Below are positions 20,150-30,315 of a stretch of DNA of 64,000 nucleotides, in pieces. This stretch comes from Candidatus Latescibacterota bacterium (GTDB taxonomy: Bacteria > Latescibacterota > UBA2968 > UBA8231). Numbering within the stretch: the stretch's first letter is position 1; every line of letters starts with the position of its first letter. The DNA lies in contig CBDETY010000003.1 of assembly GCA_965243025.1 (NCBI GenBank), positions 288,001 through 352,000 of the forward strand, read 5' to 3'. The notes below the pieces were generated by a model. It was not told where the DNA came from. It worked only from the letters and a program-made list of their open reading frames with translations, and did not search any database. The translations under genes were made by a program, and so were the position numbers.

Positions 20150-22183
20150 TTAATAGACGAGGGCGACGGCCTCGGTGACCGCGCCGGTCGCCGCATCGGT
20201 TTCCACCTCCAGGCGCAGGAGGTATATCCCCGGAGGCAGCAGGTTCTGCCCGTCGGTCCCGTTCCAGGTTTCGCGGAAGCTGCCGCTTTCCCGCTCGCTG
20301 ACGATCCCCGCCACTTTTCTTCCGGAGAGGTCGTGGAAGGATACCGTTACCGGCACGGACCCGACCATGTTGACGAGCTCGTACTCGATCGCCAGCTCGT
20401 CGTTGATGCCGTCCCCGTTCGGCGTCAGGGCCGGGGTCGAGAGCCGCAGCCCGGCCACCGATTCGGCCTCGATCTCGGTGAGGCTCACGCTCAGACTGTT
20501 TCCGTCGACAAGGGGGTCGGCGTCCCCGGCGGCGATGCGCTGGCGCACCTCCCACTCCCGGGTGCTGTCGAACACCCGGCCCGAGAACACGGTGCCGTAC
20601 TGGAAAACCCGGGCGCGGAAGATGACCTGGATGGGGATCAGCGAGCTCTGCGCGTCCCTGCGGTACTCCTCGGGCAAAGGTATGACGAACCCGTCCGGTC
20701 CCACCTGGGCGAGGGCGCTGACGTCAAGGGTGTCGATCGCCGCCGCGTCGGTGGGGGAGCTCAGGATGACGGTGTCGACGCTCGCCGCCCGGGCGGGAGT
20801 ATCGATCTCGATGCTGTCGAAACCGAGGTCGTCCTCCCCGAACTCCGGAAGCAGGGTGTAGGCGAACCGCACGGTTTCCCCGGACTGCACCCGCACCGGG
20901 GTGATCTCGGCGGCCAGCTCGCTGACGATCGGCGGTTTGCTGACGGTGAACTCGATGTAGTCGAGCCGGCTTCCGGCCTGCACCGGCCGTTGCGAGAGGA
21001 AGTTGGCGCTGAACTGGATGAACCGCCGCGGCAGGTTGGCCACCAGCCGGTCCTCACCCAGGTCGAAATCCAGCGGCGGGGTCCAGAAATCCCAGTTCCG
21101 CGTGTCGGGTGCGATACCCCCGCGCTCACCGGTCTCCAGGTCGAAGTAGGCGTCCCGTGTAAGCGGCTTCCCCGAAGCGTCGAAGCGCGACCGCTCCTCG
21201 CCCCGGAAGGTATTGCGCCAGTACACGTTGGGATCGGTGTCGCTGCCGTTGCGCACGGTGAGCTCCACCACGGCTCCCTCGTCCCGCGAGCCGGACCAGA
21301 TCAGGGTCCCGAGACTGGCTGGTTCCCCGAGATCGAGGATGTTGGAGACATAGGTCGCCTCGGGGGCGAAACCGGAGGCGTAGATCTCGATCTCCGCCAC
21401 CTCCCACTTGCCGACGATGGTCTCGAAGAAGATGTGCCGGGCGGGAACGTTCCCCATGTCGAGCTCGAGCAGGGGAACGGTGTTCTCCAGCATGATGTGG
21501 CGGAGGTTGAAGTTCAACGGGCCGGAGCGCCAGTAGAAGTTCATGTCCCGGGTGCCCTCCTTCAGCGGATCGCCGTCGCTCGTTCCGATCAGGAAGGACT
21601 TCACCGGGCGCTCGTCGAAGTACTTGGGGGTCGGGTACATGCGGATCAGGTGGATGGGAAAGGCGCCGCCGAGGCTGAGCCAGATCGCCTTGGAGTTGCT
21701 CCCGGGAAGGTTTCTGTTGGCGCCGCACTGGCTCCGGGGAAGCCGCGAAGAGCAGCTCGACCCACCCTTGTAGTGGCTGCCGCCGCCGTCGTAAGCCGTG
21801 GACGGATCCCCGTCGAACAGGAAATCGAGCTGCGGCTCGTCCTCGAATCCGTACCCGTCCGACGACTTTATCCAGCCCCCCGGCCGCTCGCGCAGGGTCG
21901 GCGTGAGGTTGACGGTCGGGTCCATCCTTTCGGGACCGATGGAACCGTCGGCGGTCTCGACCAGGAGCGCCCGGCCGAAGCGGTCCTCGTCGACGGGGGT
22001 CCAGGGAAGGGAGACGAACTCGACGTCCCAGTTTTCGGGGAACTCCGGCTCGGGCAGGTCTTCGGCGCCCCCGAGCCGGTAGACGAAGAGGGTGGCGCTC
22101 GTCTCCGCCATCCAGCCGGGACTGAGAGCGACCAGGGCGCCCAGGAGAAGGGCCCCGAACAGGTTGGCAGGCGATCGGTCCAT
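20150..22183 (-). CDS. Family B secreted protein with C-terminal FlgD-Ig/T9SS-like domain (677 aa)
   Basis: ATG 22183 after AAAGGAGG; signal peptide; FDGDPSTAY; EVAEIEIYASGFAPEATYVS; LTPNGDGIND...DLSGR...WNG...PPGIY...VALVY. Confidence 0.8.
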   Translation of the reverse strand: MDRSPANLFGALLLGALVALSPGWMAETSATLFVYRLGGAEDLPEPEFPENWDVEFVSLPWTPVDEDRFGRALLVETADGSIGPERMDPTVNLTPTLRERPGGWIKSSDGYGFEDEPQLDFLFDGDPSTAYDGGGSHYKGGSSCSSRLPRSQCGANRNLPGSNSKAIWLSLGGAFPIHLIRMYPTPKYFDERPVKSFLIGTSDGDPLKEGTRDMNFYWRSGPLNFNLRHIMLENTVPLLELDMGNVPARHIFFETIVGKWEVAEIEIYASGFAPEATYVSNILDLGEPASLGTLIWSGSRDEGAVVELTVRNGSDTDPNVYWRNTFRGEERSRFDASGKPLTRDAYFDLETGERGGIAPDTRNWDFWTPPLDFDLGEDRLVANLPRRFIQFSANFLSQRPVQAGSRLDYIEFTVSKPPIVSELAAEITPVRVQSGETVRFAYTLLPEFGEDDLGFDSIEIDTPARAASVDTVILSSPTDAAAIDTLDVSALAQVGPDGFVIPLPEEYRRDAQSSLIPIQVIFRARVFQYGTVFSGRVFDSTREWEVRQRIAAGDADPLVDGNSLSVSLTEIEAESVAGLRLSTPALTPNGDGINDELAIEYELVNMVGSVPVTVSFHDLSGRKVAGIVSERESGSFRETWNGTDGQNLLPPGIYLLRLEVETDAATGAVTEAVALVY

Positions 22184-22244
22184 CGCGGGACCTCCTTTGA
22201 TGGCGGGCCTTGCGTCAGAATATGCTGACCGGGAGGGCATGCGG

Positions 22245-25220
22245 CTATCTCAGGGCGGCGAAAAGGGTCAGGTAGGCGAGGCCGGCGGTCATCGCCTTGC
22301 GCTCCTCCGCGACGACCTCGAGGGAGCGCCGGTCGACGCGCAGTCCGGTCTGCATGGTCAGCCTGTACCCGAGGAACTCGCTGACGTTGGTGAGCTGGAG
22401 CGCCGCCGCGGTGCCCCGGAAATCGCCGGAGACCGTCCCCGCCGGGAGCTCCTCCTCGCCCCTTGCCAGCTCCTCGAAGAAACGCTGCTCCAGTCCGGCC
22501 TTGAGGCGGCTCTTCTTGAGCACGGGGAACTCGACCAGGAGGAAGAAGATGCGGTCCCAGGAGCGCCGCTTTCTCTCGGTCAGACTGAACGGGGTCTCGC
22601 GCAGAAACTCGCTCTTGAACCTGGGCGACAGCTCGACCCGCCCGTACCGCTGCAGGTACTCGATCTTGTTGATGAGCCCGAAGAACCCCGACTCCCGGCG
22701 TCCGTTGCGCCCCTCCGGTCCCAGGGGATCGAATACCGACAGGGTGTCTCCCGCCGCGTCCAGGTTGACCTGCGGGTCGCTGTGGCGCTGCCTCCAGGTC
22801 TCCCATTTCAGGCGGCTCATCGACCTCCAGGGGCGCTGGCCGGCCAGCTCCCAGTCGGCGTAGAGGACGTTGATCCAGGTGTCCTCGGCGGCCAGCGGGT
22901 CGAGGACCGGCTCCATGCGGCCGCTGCTCGCGGTGGGATTGCCCAGCAGGGTCCGCCTCATGCGCCACTGTACCAGGTTGTCGGGGATGGTGTCCTCCGC
23001 CTTCCTCAGCATCTCGAAGACGCGTACCCGTCCGGCTCGCGGCGTGTTCCTGTCCAGGGTGAGCAGGCCGTAGCTGGTCCGGTTGACGCGGCTCGACCTG
23101 CCCATCTCCTCCCGCAGCTGTCCGAGCTTCAGTTCGATCTCCGGGGTGATCTCGACGCCGCCGAAGAGATTGTAGCCGAAGTGGTCCTTCTTGTAGGGGT
23201 AGTCGGGCTCGTCGTCGTTCTCGAAGCGCTCGACCCAGCCGTTGTTGTTGAGGTCCATGCCGAAGAGGAACTGCGGCCTGTCGGAGCGGAAGCGCAGGAA
23301 GGGCTCGTCGTAATCGGGAAAGAAGTTCGGCCGCTCCGGCGTCGTGTTCTGGTTGAAGTCGGGAATGAAGTCCTGGTTCTCGTCGTACCCGGGAAACACC
23401 TCGGGGTCGGCGACGCCGCTCACGTCGATGGACCTCACGCGACTTGCCCGGACGGGGACCAGGGATCCCTGCCCGAAGCGGCGTTGATCGGGTTGGCGGT
23501 CGTTGTCGTCGTTGTCGTCGACGTAGTCGTAGAGCAGTTCGGTCGCCCCGGTGCCGTAGTTGGGCAGACCGCCGAGGTCCATCAGCAGGACGCTGGTCGT
23601 GTAGTCGTCGTCCATGCCGAACCCCTCGGCGAACAGGGACAGGGGCCCTCCCCTCCAGGAGGCGTTGACCATCCACCCGACGGCGCGCTCGTGGCCCGGG
23701 AAGCCGGAGATGGCGCGGTGCTGGCTGCGGGTGACTCCGGGGTACTTGCGGTACTGGTTGTTGAGGTTGACCTCGCCGTAGAAGTCGAAGCCGCGGAAGT
23801 CCCGGATCTCGGCGGTGAAGCCGGCGATGTTGTTCGCCGTGGGCAGGCCGTAGTCGAACACGACCTCGCGCTGGTTGAGCCGGTTCTTGACGTTTCCGGC
23901 GGCGCGCGTCACCGTGCGGAACTGGGGAACCCCCTCCTCGTCGGTCTGCCGGTCCGAGGTCACGGCGATGGCGTAGTCGTTGGCGACGATGAGCCTGATA
24001 CGGAGGTTCTCGACGGCCGCGATCGCCTCCTCCGCCTCGGTCGGGGTCAGGCCCAGCGCGGTCCCCAGCAGGGAGCGCAGCGTGAGGGGTTCCAGCTGCG
24101 CGACCCTTTCCTCGGCGACGATCTGCGGCGGCAGCTCCAGAAGGTAGTTGAGGACGATCACGTCGCCGCCGTCGGCGGTGCGGAACCCCTCGACCAGCCT
24201 GCCCTCGCCGATCCCGACCTCGCCGGTGACGAACTGAAGCCCGGGAATCGCCTCGAAGCCGATGTCGCTGCCGACTATGACGGTATCGATCGGCACGACC
24301 GCCACCCCGTCGCCGGCCGGCACCTCGCGCATCAGGGTCGTGCTGATCTCTATGTCGCTGCTGATGAGAACCGCCCCTCCTTCGCCGTCCTCGGGGGAGT
24401 CGTCGGAGATCCTGACGGCGAGGGTGTTCACCCCCCTCGAAGCCTGCTCGGGCGAGAGGAAGCCCTTCAGGGGGTTCCCCTGCATGGTTTCGTAGGTGCC
24501 GCTGTTGTTGTGGCTGTTGACGAAGTTGAACCCGAGGGTGAGGGCGTCGTTGACGTCCAATTCCATGCGGCCTCCGGCAAGGGCGGTAGTGTTCCTCACC
24601 CTTCCCGCCCCGGTGCCCAGCATCGGGACGTTGATCCTCGAAAACAGGCCGGTGGCGCGGTAGCGGCCGCTCTGCATGCTCGTGACGACGCCGTTGAACC
24701 CCGCCTTGCGCAGGGTCATCGGGGTCAGCAGCGCCGAGATCTCGTCCCCGATGAGAATGGAGAACGAGGTGTCGCCGCGGCGGTCGGAGCTGATGAGCAG
24801 GCGGTCGAACCAGCTCAGGTACTGGCCCTGGCGGACGATGTTGGAGCTCTGCGAAAGCAGCGGCTGGGTCTGGCGCCAGTCGTAGATCAGCCAGCCCTTG
24901 GAAGCGAGGTTGCCGTAGAGGTCGTAGAAGTAGTCCCCTTCCTGGCCGGGAGCGACGTAGCGCAGGTAGCTGTCGATCCCCCAGTTGGTGTACTGCCACT
25001 GGCGGCGGCCGTACTCGGCGAACTGGGTCGGCGGCATGTACCACCGGTGAACGGCCGGATCGAGAGTCCCGGCGTATATCGGCACCCCGGCGGACCGGAA
25101 GAACAGCTCCTCCCCGAGGCGGGAACCGAGGCGGTTGCCGTACTCGACGGCGACCAGCGGGGCTCCCGCCAGATGGAGCAGCACCGCTCCCGCCAACCAC
25201 GCCGCTGTCTTCGCCCGCAT
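22245..25220 (-). CDS. Family A exported protein, putative outer-membrane protein (991 aa)
   Basis: ATG 25220 after GAAGGAG; signal peptide MRAKTAAWLAGAVLLHLAGAPLVA; family motifs LDPAVHRWY, SDDSPEDG, YGLPTAN, DDNDDNDRQPD, GMDLNNNGWVERFEND; alternating-residue C-terminal strands. Confidence 0.8.
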   Translation of the reverse strand: MRAKTAAWLAGAVLLHLAGAPLVAVEYGNRLGSRLGEELFFRSAGVPIYAGTLDPAVHRWYMPPTQFAEYGRRQWQYTNWGIDSYLRYVAPGQEGDYFYDLYGNLASKGWLIYDWRQTQPLLSQSSNIVRQGQYLSWFDRLLISSDRRGDTSFSILIGDEISALLTPMTLRKAGFNGVVTSMQSGRYRATGLFSRINVPMLGTGAGRVRNTTALAGGRMELDVNDALTLGFNFVNSHNNSGTYETMQGNPLKGFLSPEQASRGVNTLAVRISDDSPEDGEGGAVLISSDIEISTTLMREVPAGDGVAVVPIDTVIVGSDIGFEAIPGLQFVTGEVGIGEGRLVEGFRTADGGDVIVLNYLLELPPQIVAEERVAQLEPLTLRSLLGTALGLTPTEAEEAIAAVENLRIRLIVANDYAIAVTSDRQTDEEGVPQFRTVTRAAGNVKNRLNQREVVFDYGLPTANNIAGFTAEIRDFRGFDFYGEVNLNNQYRKYPGVTRSQHRAISGFPGHERAVGWMVNASWRGGPLSLFAEGFGMDDDYTTSVLLMDLGGLPNYGTGATELLYDYVDDNDDNDRQPDQRRFGQGSLVPVRASRVRSIDVSGVADPEVFPGYDENQDFIPDFNQNTTPERPNFFPDYDEPFLRFRSDRPQFLFGMDLNNNGWVERFENDDEPDYPYKKDHFGYNLFGGVEITPEIELKLGQLREEMGRSSRVNRTSYGLLTLDRNTPRAGRVRVFEMLRKAEDTIPDNLVQWRMRRTLLGNPTASSGRMEPVLDPLAAEDTWINVLYADWELAGQRPWRSMSRLKWETWRQRHSDPQVNLDAAGDTLSVFDPLGPEGRNGRRESGFFGLINKIEYLQRYGRVELSPRFKSEFLRETPFSLTERKRRSWDRIFFLLVEFPVLKKSRLKAGLEQRFFEELARGEEELPAGTVSGDFRGTAAALQLTNVSEFLGYRLTMQTGLRVDRRSLEVVAEERKAMTAGLAYLTLFAALR

Positions 25221-25231
25221 CTCCTTCACCT

Positions 25232-28090
25232 CTACTGTCCCGCGTACACGGTGATGAAGCCGGTCGATTCGGTCGCCCCGGCGCTCGCTTTCTCGAACTC
25301 TCCGGCGGCGCGGTCGGCGAGCTGAACCCTCTCGGTGAAGAACTGCGCCAGCCGGAACCCGACCTGGGTCGTCAACCGGTACCCCAGGTACTCCGAGGCG
25401 TTGGTCAGCTGGACGGCGCCGATGAGCGAGCGCAGGTCTCCGGTCTCGCCCACGGCCCCGAGCTCGAGCATCTCTTCCTCGTCGGCGAGCCGCTCGCTGA
25501 ACTGGGCCAGTTCCAGCCCCAGGGTCAGCGAGCTCCGCGCCAGCACCGGGAACTGGGTGACCAGCGTCGCGATTCCCGTCCATTGTTCCTGGCTCTTCCC
25601 GGCTTTTACGAAGGCGTCGCGCCTGAGGAACTCGCTCTTGACCTTGGGCTGCACCGTCAGGCTTCCCAGGGTCCAGCGGTAGTCCGCCTTGTTGACCAGG
25701 CCGAAGAGGACGGGTGAGGCGCGCAGCGGTCTGCCGGCCGGATCCCTTGGATCCCCGGACCTGTTGTGGTACAACTCGTACTTGAGCTTGTTGACGAGGC
25801 GCAGGTTCGGCACCGCGGTGTAGTCGAGGCCGAGCCAGGCGGTGTTGACCCAGGTGTCCTGGGCGGGGAGCACGTCCGGGACCAGGGGCGGGTACCCGGC
25901 CCGGCGGAACGGGGAGACGTCGCGGCGGTCGTCGGCGATCGCGTCCTGCGCCAGCTTGAACATGTCGAGGAGGCGGACGCGTCCGAGGTTGGGGTAGTCC
26001 CTCTCGAAGGTGGCGATAGCGTAGGTCGTCCGGTTGCGGCGGTCGTCGGAGATCATGCGCTCGTCGAGCCTGCCAAGGGTAATGCGGGCTTCGGGGGTCG
26101 CCTGCATGCCGCCGAAGATGTTGAGGCCCCTGCGGTCCTGCCTGTACGGGTAGTCGGGCAGCTCGTCGTTCTCGAAGCGGTCGACCCAGCCGTTGTTGTT
26201 CAGGTCGATTCCGAACAGGAACTCCGGCCGCTCGACGTCGTGCCTGAGAAACGGCTCCTCGTAGTCGGGAACGGTGTTCGAAACCGCGTTGTTGTCGTTC
26301 TGGTTGAAGTCGCTGATGAAGTCGTTGTTCTCGTCCCAGCCCGGGAAGACGTTGGTGTCGCTGAACCGCGAACCGGATCTCACCCAGTCGGGGATGTCGT
26401 CCTGATCGTCGTTGTCGTCGACGAACTCGTAGGCGTGAATCGGCAGGTTGTCGTACTGGATGTTTCCCTCGGTATCGACGACGAAGCTCTGGGTGGAGTA
26501 GTCGTCGTCGATGGCGTACCCCTCCCCGTACAGAAAGAACGGGTACTCCTCCTTCGACGCGGTCAGGTAGCGGGCGTCGGCGGTCCGGCGCGAGATCTCG
26601 TGGCCCTCGTTGGCGCTGAACAGGGTGGCGTTCGGGTACTGCGAGTAGCGGAAGCTGCGGTCCCATTCCCCGTAGAAATCCACTCCCCAGAGGTCGACTC
26701 CCTCGATCGTCGCTCCGGCCACGAGGTTGGCGGTCGGCAGGCCGTACTCGAACACGACCTTGCGGATGTTCGAGATGTCGGTGACGTTGCCGCCCGCCCG
26801 CGCCACCGGCAGCAGCGCCAGCCCGGCCTCGACGATCTCGACCGTTATCGGAGGAGAGGGAACTCCCGCAAAGGTCCGGCTGAGATAGGTGCGCGCCCTG
26901 CCGGGCTGCTTGTTCGACCAGATCTCGACCTTGTAATCGTTGGCGAGCACGTAACCGAACTCGACCGAGACGATGTGGGTCTCGTCGAGGCCGGACTCCG
27001 CCGGAAGCTGGAACCCGGGATCGTTGAAGTCGTAGTTCAGGATGATCGGCTCGTCGCCGTCGGCGGTCCGGAACCCCTCGCGCTCGAAACCTCCGAGCAC
27101 CAGGGGCCACTCGGTTCCCGGACGCACGACGTCCGCAAGGGTCCACACCCGTTCCTGTCCGGTCTCGAAATCCCGGGTGGTGATGCGCACGTCGTGCTCG
27201 AACAGGGCGGCCCCGGCGACGCCGTCGGCGGGCGAATCGTCGCTGAGGACGACGGCGATCGCCGTCAGCGGGGTCCTGCTCTGGCCCGAGGTCAGGTTGC
27301 CGGCCACGAGGTCTCCGGCGAACAGCTCCAGGGCCGAGTTGGAGTTGCGGGCGTCGACGAAGGTGCCGCCGACGGTGATGCGATCGCCGAGCACGACCTC
27401 GGCCCGCCCCCCGAACATGCTGGTGGAGTTCGTGTGGCGGTCCGCCTGGGGCCGGGCGAGGATGATCGGGTTGCTGATGCGGGATCCGAGGATCGTCGCC
27501 GCGTACCGGTTCCCGGTGAAATCGACCTGGACGCCGTCGAAGGCGGCCTTGGAAAAAGTCAGGGGAGTCAGCGTCGTGCGGATCTGGCTGCCCACCGTCA
27601 CCGAGTAGGTCCGGTCACCCTGCTTGTCCCTGGCGATCGTCGCGTTGCTGAACCAGCCGGCGAACTTGTCCCCCTTGAAGACGCTGCTGCCGTCGGAGAG
27701 GGGCTGCTCCTGGCGCCAGTCGTAGACGAGGAAGCCGTGGCTGACGAGGTCGCCGAAGTAGTCGTAGAAGTAATCCCCTTCGACCGCGGTGTTGACGTAG
27801 CGCTGGTAATGCCGGCGCCCGTAGTTCGAGTACTGCGTCTGGAGCCACCGGTACTCGTTGTAGAGCTCTTCCGGGATGTACCAGCGCCTCACCGTCGGAT
27901 CGAGGGGCCCGAACATCACCCCGTGTCCGCGGGGCTCGAAGCTCACCTCGCCTCCCCGCTGCACCTGGCGCCGGGAGCCGAGCTCCCCGGTTTCTCCGAA
28001 CCCGGGTGCGAGCGGCAGCAGCAGGGCGCAGGCGGCGGCCAGGGCCTGGATTACCCGGGGCGCGCCCGCGTTTACGCCGGGACCGGGCAT
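25232..28090 (-). CDS. Family A exported protein (952 aa)
   Basis: ATG 28090 overlaps the upstream stop (TGATG); signal peptide; LDPTVRRWYIPEELY, IRTTLTPLTFSK, DDNDDQDDIPDW, GWDENNDFISDFNQN; ends FITVYAGQ. Confidence 0.8.
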   Translation of the reverse strand: MPGPGVNAGAPRVIQALAAACALLLPLAPGFGETGELGSRRQVQRGGEVSFEPRGHGVMFGPLDPTVRRWYIPEELYNEYRWLQTQYSNYGRRHYQRYVNTAVEGDYFYDYFGDLVSHGFLVYDWRQEQPLSDGSSVFKGDKFAGWFSNATIARDKQGDRTYSVTVGSQIRTTLTPLTFSKAAFDGVQVDFTGNRYAATILGSRISNPIILARPQADRHTNSTSMFGGRAEVVLGDRITVGGTFVDARNSNSALELFAGDLVAGNLTSGQSRTPLTAIAVVLSDDSPADGVAGAALFEHDVRITTRDFETGQERVWTLADVVRPGTEWPLVLGGFEREGFRTADGDEPIILNYDFNDPGFQLPAESGLDETHIVSVEFGYVLANDYKVEIWSNKQPGRARTYLSRTFAGVPSPPITVEIVEAGLALLPVARAGGNVTDISNIRKVVFEYGLPTANLVAGATIEGVDLWGVDFYGEWDRSFRYSQYPNATLFSANEGHEISRRTADARYLTASKEEYPFFLYGEGYAIDDDYSTQSFVVDTEGNIQYDNLPIHAYEFVDDNDDQDDIPDWVRSGSRFSDTNVFPGWDENNDFISDFNQNDNNAVSNTVPDYEEPFLRHDVERPEFLFGIDLNNNGWVDRFENDELPDYPYRQDRRGLNIFGGMQATPEARITLGRLDERMISDDRRNRTTYAIATFERDYPNLGRVRLLDMFKLAQDAIADDRRDVSPFRRAGYPPLVPDVLPAQDTWVNTAWLGLDYTAVPNLRLVNKLKYELYHNRSGDPRDPAGRPLRASPVLFGLVNKADYRWTLGSLTVQPKVKSEFLRRDAFVKAGKSQEQWTGIATLVTQFPVLARSSLTLGLELAQFSERLADEEEMLELGAVGETGDLRSLIGAVQLTNASEYLGYRLTTQVGFRLAQFFTERVQLADRAAGEFEKASAGATESTGFITVYAGQ

Positions 28091-30315
28091 CAGTAGGCGA
28101 CCCCCACGGTACCGACCCCTTTCACGGCCCCGGTCGAGGCGTCGAGGGAGACGGCGAAGATGTAGTTGCCCGGCGGCACCGGTTTCCCGGCGTCGTTCAG
28201 GCCGTTCCACCGGCGCGCGTAGCGGCCGCTCGGGTCCTCGCCGTCGTACAGGCTCGCCATCTTCCGTCCGGAGAGGTCGAACACCTCGACCCGCACCCGC
28301 CTCGGCTCGGCGATGTTGGTGATGTCGTAGAGGATCAGGGCGCCGTCGTTGACCCCGTCCCGGTTCGGCGTCAGCACCGCGGGAACCGCTTCGACGTTGA
28401 CGAGGAGGTCGCGGGTTATCGGCACGGATACCGACAGGTTCCCCGGGCTGAGGCTGCCCACGGGCTGCGAGTCGGGATCCTCGAGGCCGTCCCCCCCGAG
28501 GTCGGCGGCGTTTCCGGCAACGAGTGCCTGGCCGATTCCGGGGTGGGCGGAGTTCCCGGCGCGCCCGGTGAACAGGGTGCCGAAGCGCAGCACCGAGTTG
28601 TCGAAGCCGACCTTGATTACCGCTCTTTCCTCCACCATCGGGAAGGAGATGACCAGACGGTCGTCCCGCACCTCCTCGATGGATACCCCGTTGCGGGTGA
28701 CCGGCAGCGCGTCGAGGGCGGCCCCGGTGAAATCGGCCAGCTGCCGCGATTCGCCGCGCTCGATCTCGATCCATCCCACCGCGGGAGTCCGCGTCGGGGT
28801 GTCGATCTCGATACGGTCGAAGCCGCCGCCGTCGGCGGAAGGCTCGCAGAGAACGGCGTAGGTGAATCCGGTGCGCTCTCCCACCGCCGCGGAGCGGGGC
28901 AGAATCTCGGCGATCAGCCTGTCGGCGAAGGCCGGAGAGAGGGCTTCGAAGCTCAGCCCTCCGAGCCCGGTGGCGGCGTCGAACGCGTCGTTGGCGAACT
29001 CCACCATGAACTGGAAGTAGCGCCGCGGATCCGGAGAGGAGATGGAGATTCCCCCGCCGGCCTCGCCCAGGGACTCGGGATCGACGATTCCCGGGGCCGG
29101 GTAGGGCGCCGACCAGGGGCTCCAGTTGGTCAGATCTTCCCGCAGGTCCCCGCGCTCCGCCCTGTCGACCTCTCTCCTGTAGTACTCCTGATCGATCTCG
29201 AGGGCGGCCCGCTGCTCGAGGGGGAGCTCGTTGTAGAAAAGCAGCACCTCGCGGCCGTCGAGGTCGGGATTGTCGAGCACGGTCTCGACGACCTCCCGCA
29301 GCTCCCCGTCCTCGATGGCGTCGGCGCGTTTCCACAGCGCTTCGATCGGAATGTCGACCTCGAGGATGTCCCCCTGGGCGACCTGCAGATCGATCCGTCC
29401 CGAGGGCTGCAGCCCCACCCGCGGGAACACCACCGTGCCCGGATCCACTCCGGTTCGGGTGCGGATGCGCATCTGGGACCGCAGCGGATCCCCCACCTGT
29501 TCCTCGACCCAGCGGATGTTCCCGAGAAGTGTCGGGGTGCCGAAGTCGATGATGTTGGAGACGTAGGTCGCCTCGGGAACGAAGCCCTGGGCGAAGGCCT
29601 GGAACTCGGCGATCTCGAACTCGGTGTTGGTCAGCACCTTGAGCCTGAGGTGGCGGACGAAGCGCGGCTCGATCCTGAGGTCGACGACCGGCTCTTCGTT
29701 CTTGGCCACGGTCTCGAGGGTCTCGAATATCAGCACCCCGTTGCTCTCGCTCTCCGGGGCGCCGTCGTTCTCGAGGATCTCGAATGACTTGAGAAAGTCC
29801 TTCTGATTCGGAAACCCCGGGGCCGGGAAGGCCGGGTCGGCGTTGCGCGGGAAGAACCTTATCCGGTTGAGGGCGAAAACGGCGCCGAGGTCGAACTGCA
29901 TGATGAAGCCGCTCGCCCGCGTGCTTTCCCCGGCCCTTTGCGGACGGACTTCCAGGGCGGTCTCCCCGTCGTCGTCGATCATTTTCGACAACTGCCCCTC
30001 CAGAGCCCGCAGACTGAGCGTCGGCGTCTCCAGCGACCCGCCCCTTGCGGGCGAGGTCAGGCCGATCATGATGTTGCGCTCCGTGTCGACCTGCTGCGGG
30101 AAGATCCAGTCCGGCCGCTCCGCGGTGCCGAAGTCGATGACACCGCCGGGGGCGTTGGTCTCCTCCACGGAGGTGTTGCCGCGGATAACGGTGGGGGGAA
30201 TGTCCCCTTCGTCGCCCCATCGGATCCCTTCGGGGCCGCCGATGACGATGGTTTCCACCTGGGCTCCCGCCTCCGGCAGGAGGGCGAACAACGCGATGAG
30301 GAGAATGGCCGTCAT
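28090..30315 (-). CDS. Family B secreted protein with C-terminal FlgD-Ig/T9SS-like domain (741 aa)
   Basis: ATG 30315 overlaps the upstream stop (ATGA); signal MTAILLIALFALLPEAGA; FDLGAVF; EIAEFQAFAQGFVPEATYVS; WSPWSAPY; LTPNRDGVND...PPGNY...VGVAY. Confidence 0.82.
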   Translation of the reverse strand: MTAILLIALFALLPEAGAQVETIVIGGPEGIRWGDEGDIPPTVIRGNTSVEETNAPGGVIDFGTAERPDWIFPQQVDTERNIMIGLTSPARGGSLETPTLSLRALEGQLSKMIDDDGETALEVRPQRAGESTRASGFIMQFDLGAVFALNRIRFFPRNADPAFPAPGFPNQKDFLKSFEILENDGAPESESNGVLIFETLETVAKNEEPVVDLRIEPRFVRHLRLKVLTNTEFEIAEFQAFAQGFVPEATYVSNIIDFGTPTLLGNIRWVEEQVGDPLRSQMRIRTRTGVDPGTVVFPRVGLQPSGRIDLQVAQGDILEVDIPIEALWKRADAIEDGELREVVETVLDNPDLDGREVLLFYNELPLEQRAALEIDQEYYRREVDRAERGDLREDLTNWSPWSAPYPAPGIVDPESLGEAGGGISISSPDPRRYFQFMVEFANDAFDAATGLGGLSFEALSPAFADRLIAEILPRSAAVGERTGFTYAVLCEPSADGGGFDRIEIDTPTRTPAVGWIEIERGESRQLADFTGAALDALPVTRNGVSIEEVRDDRLVISFPMVEERAVIKVGFDNSVLRFGTLFTGRAGNSAHPGIGQALVAGNAADLGGDGLEDPDSQPVGSLSPGNLSVSVPITRDLLVNVEAVPAVLTPNRDGVNDGALILYDITNIAEPRRVRVEVFDLSGRKMASLYDGEDPSGRYARRWNGLNDAGKPVPPGNYIFAVSLDASTGAVKGVGTVGVAY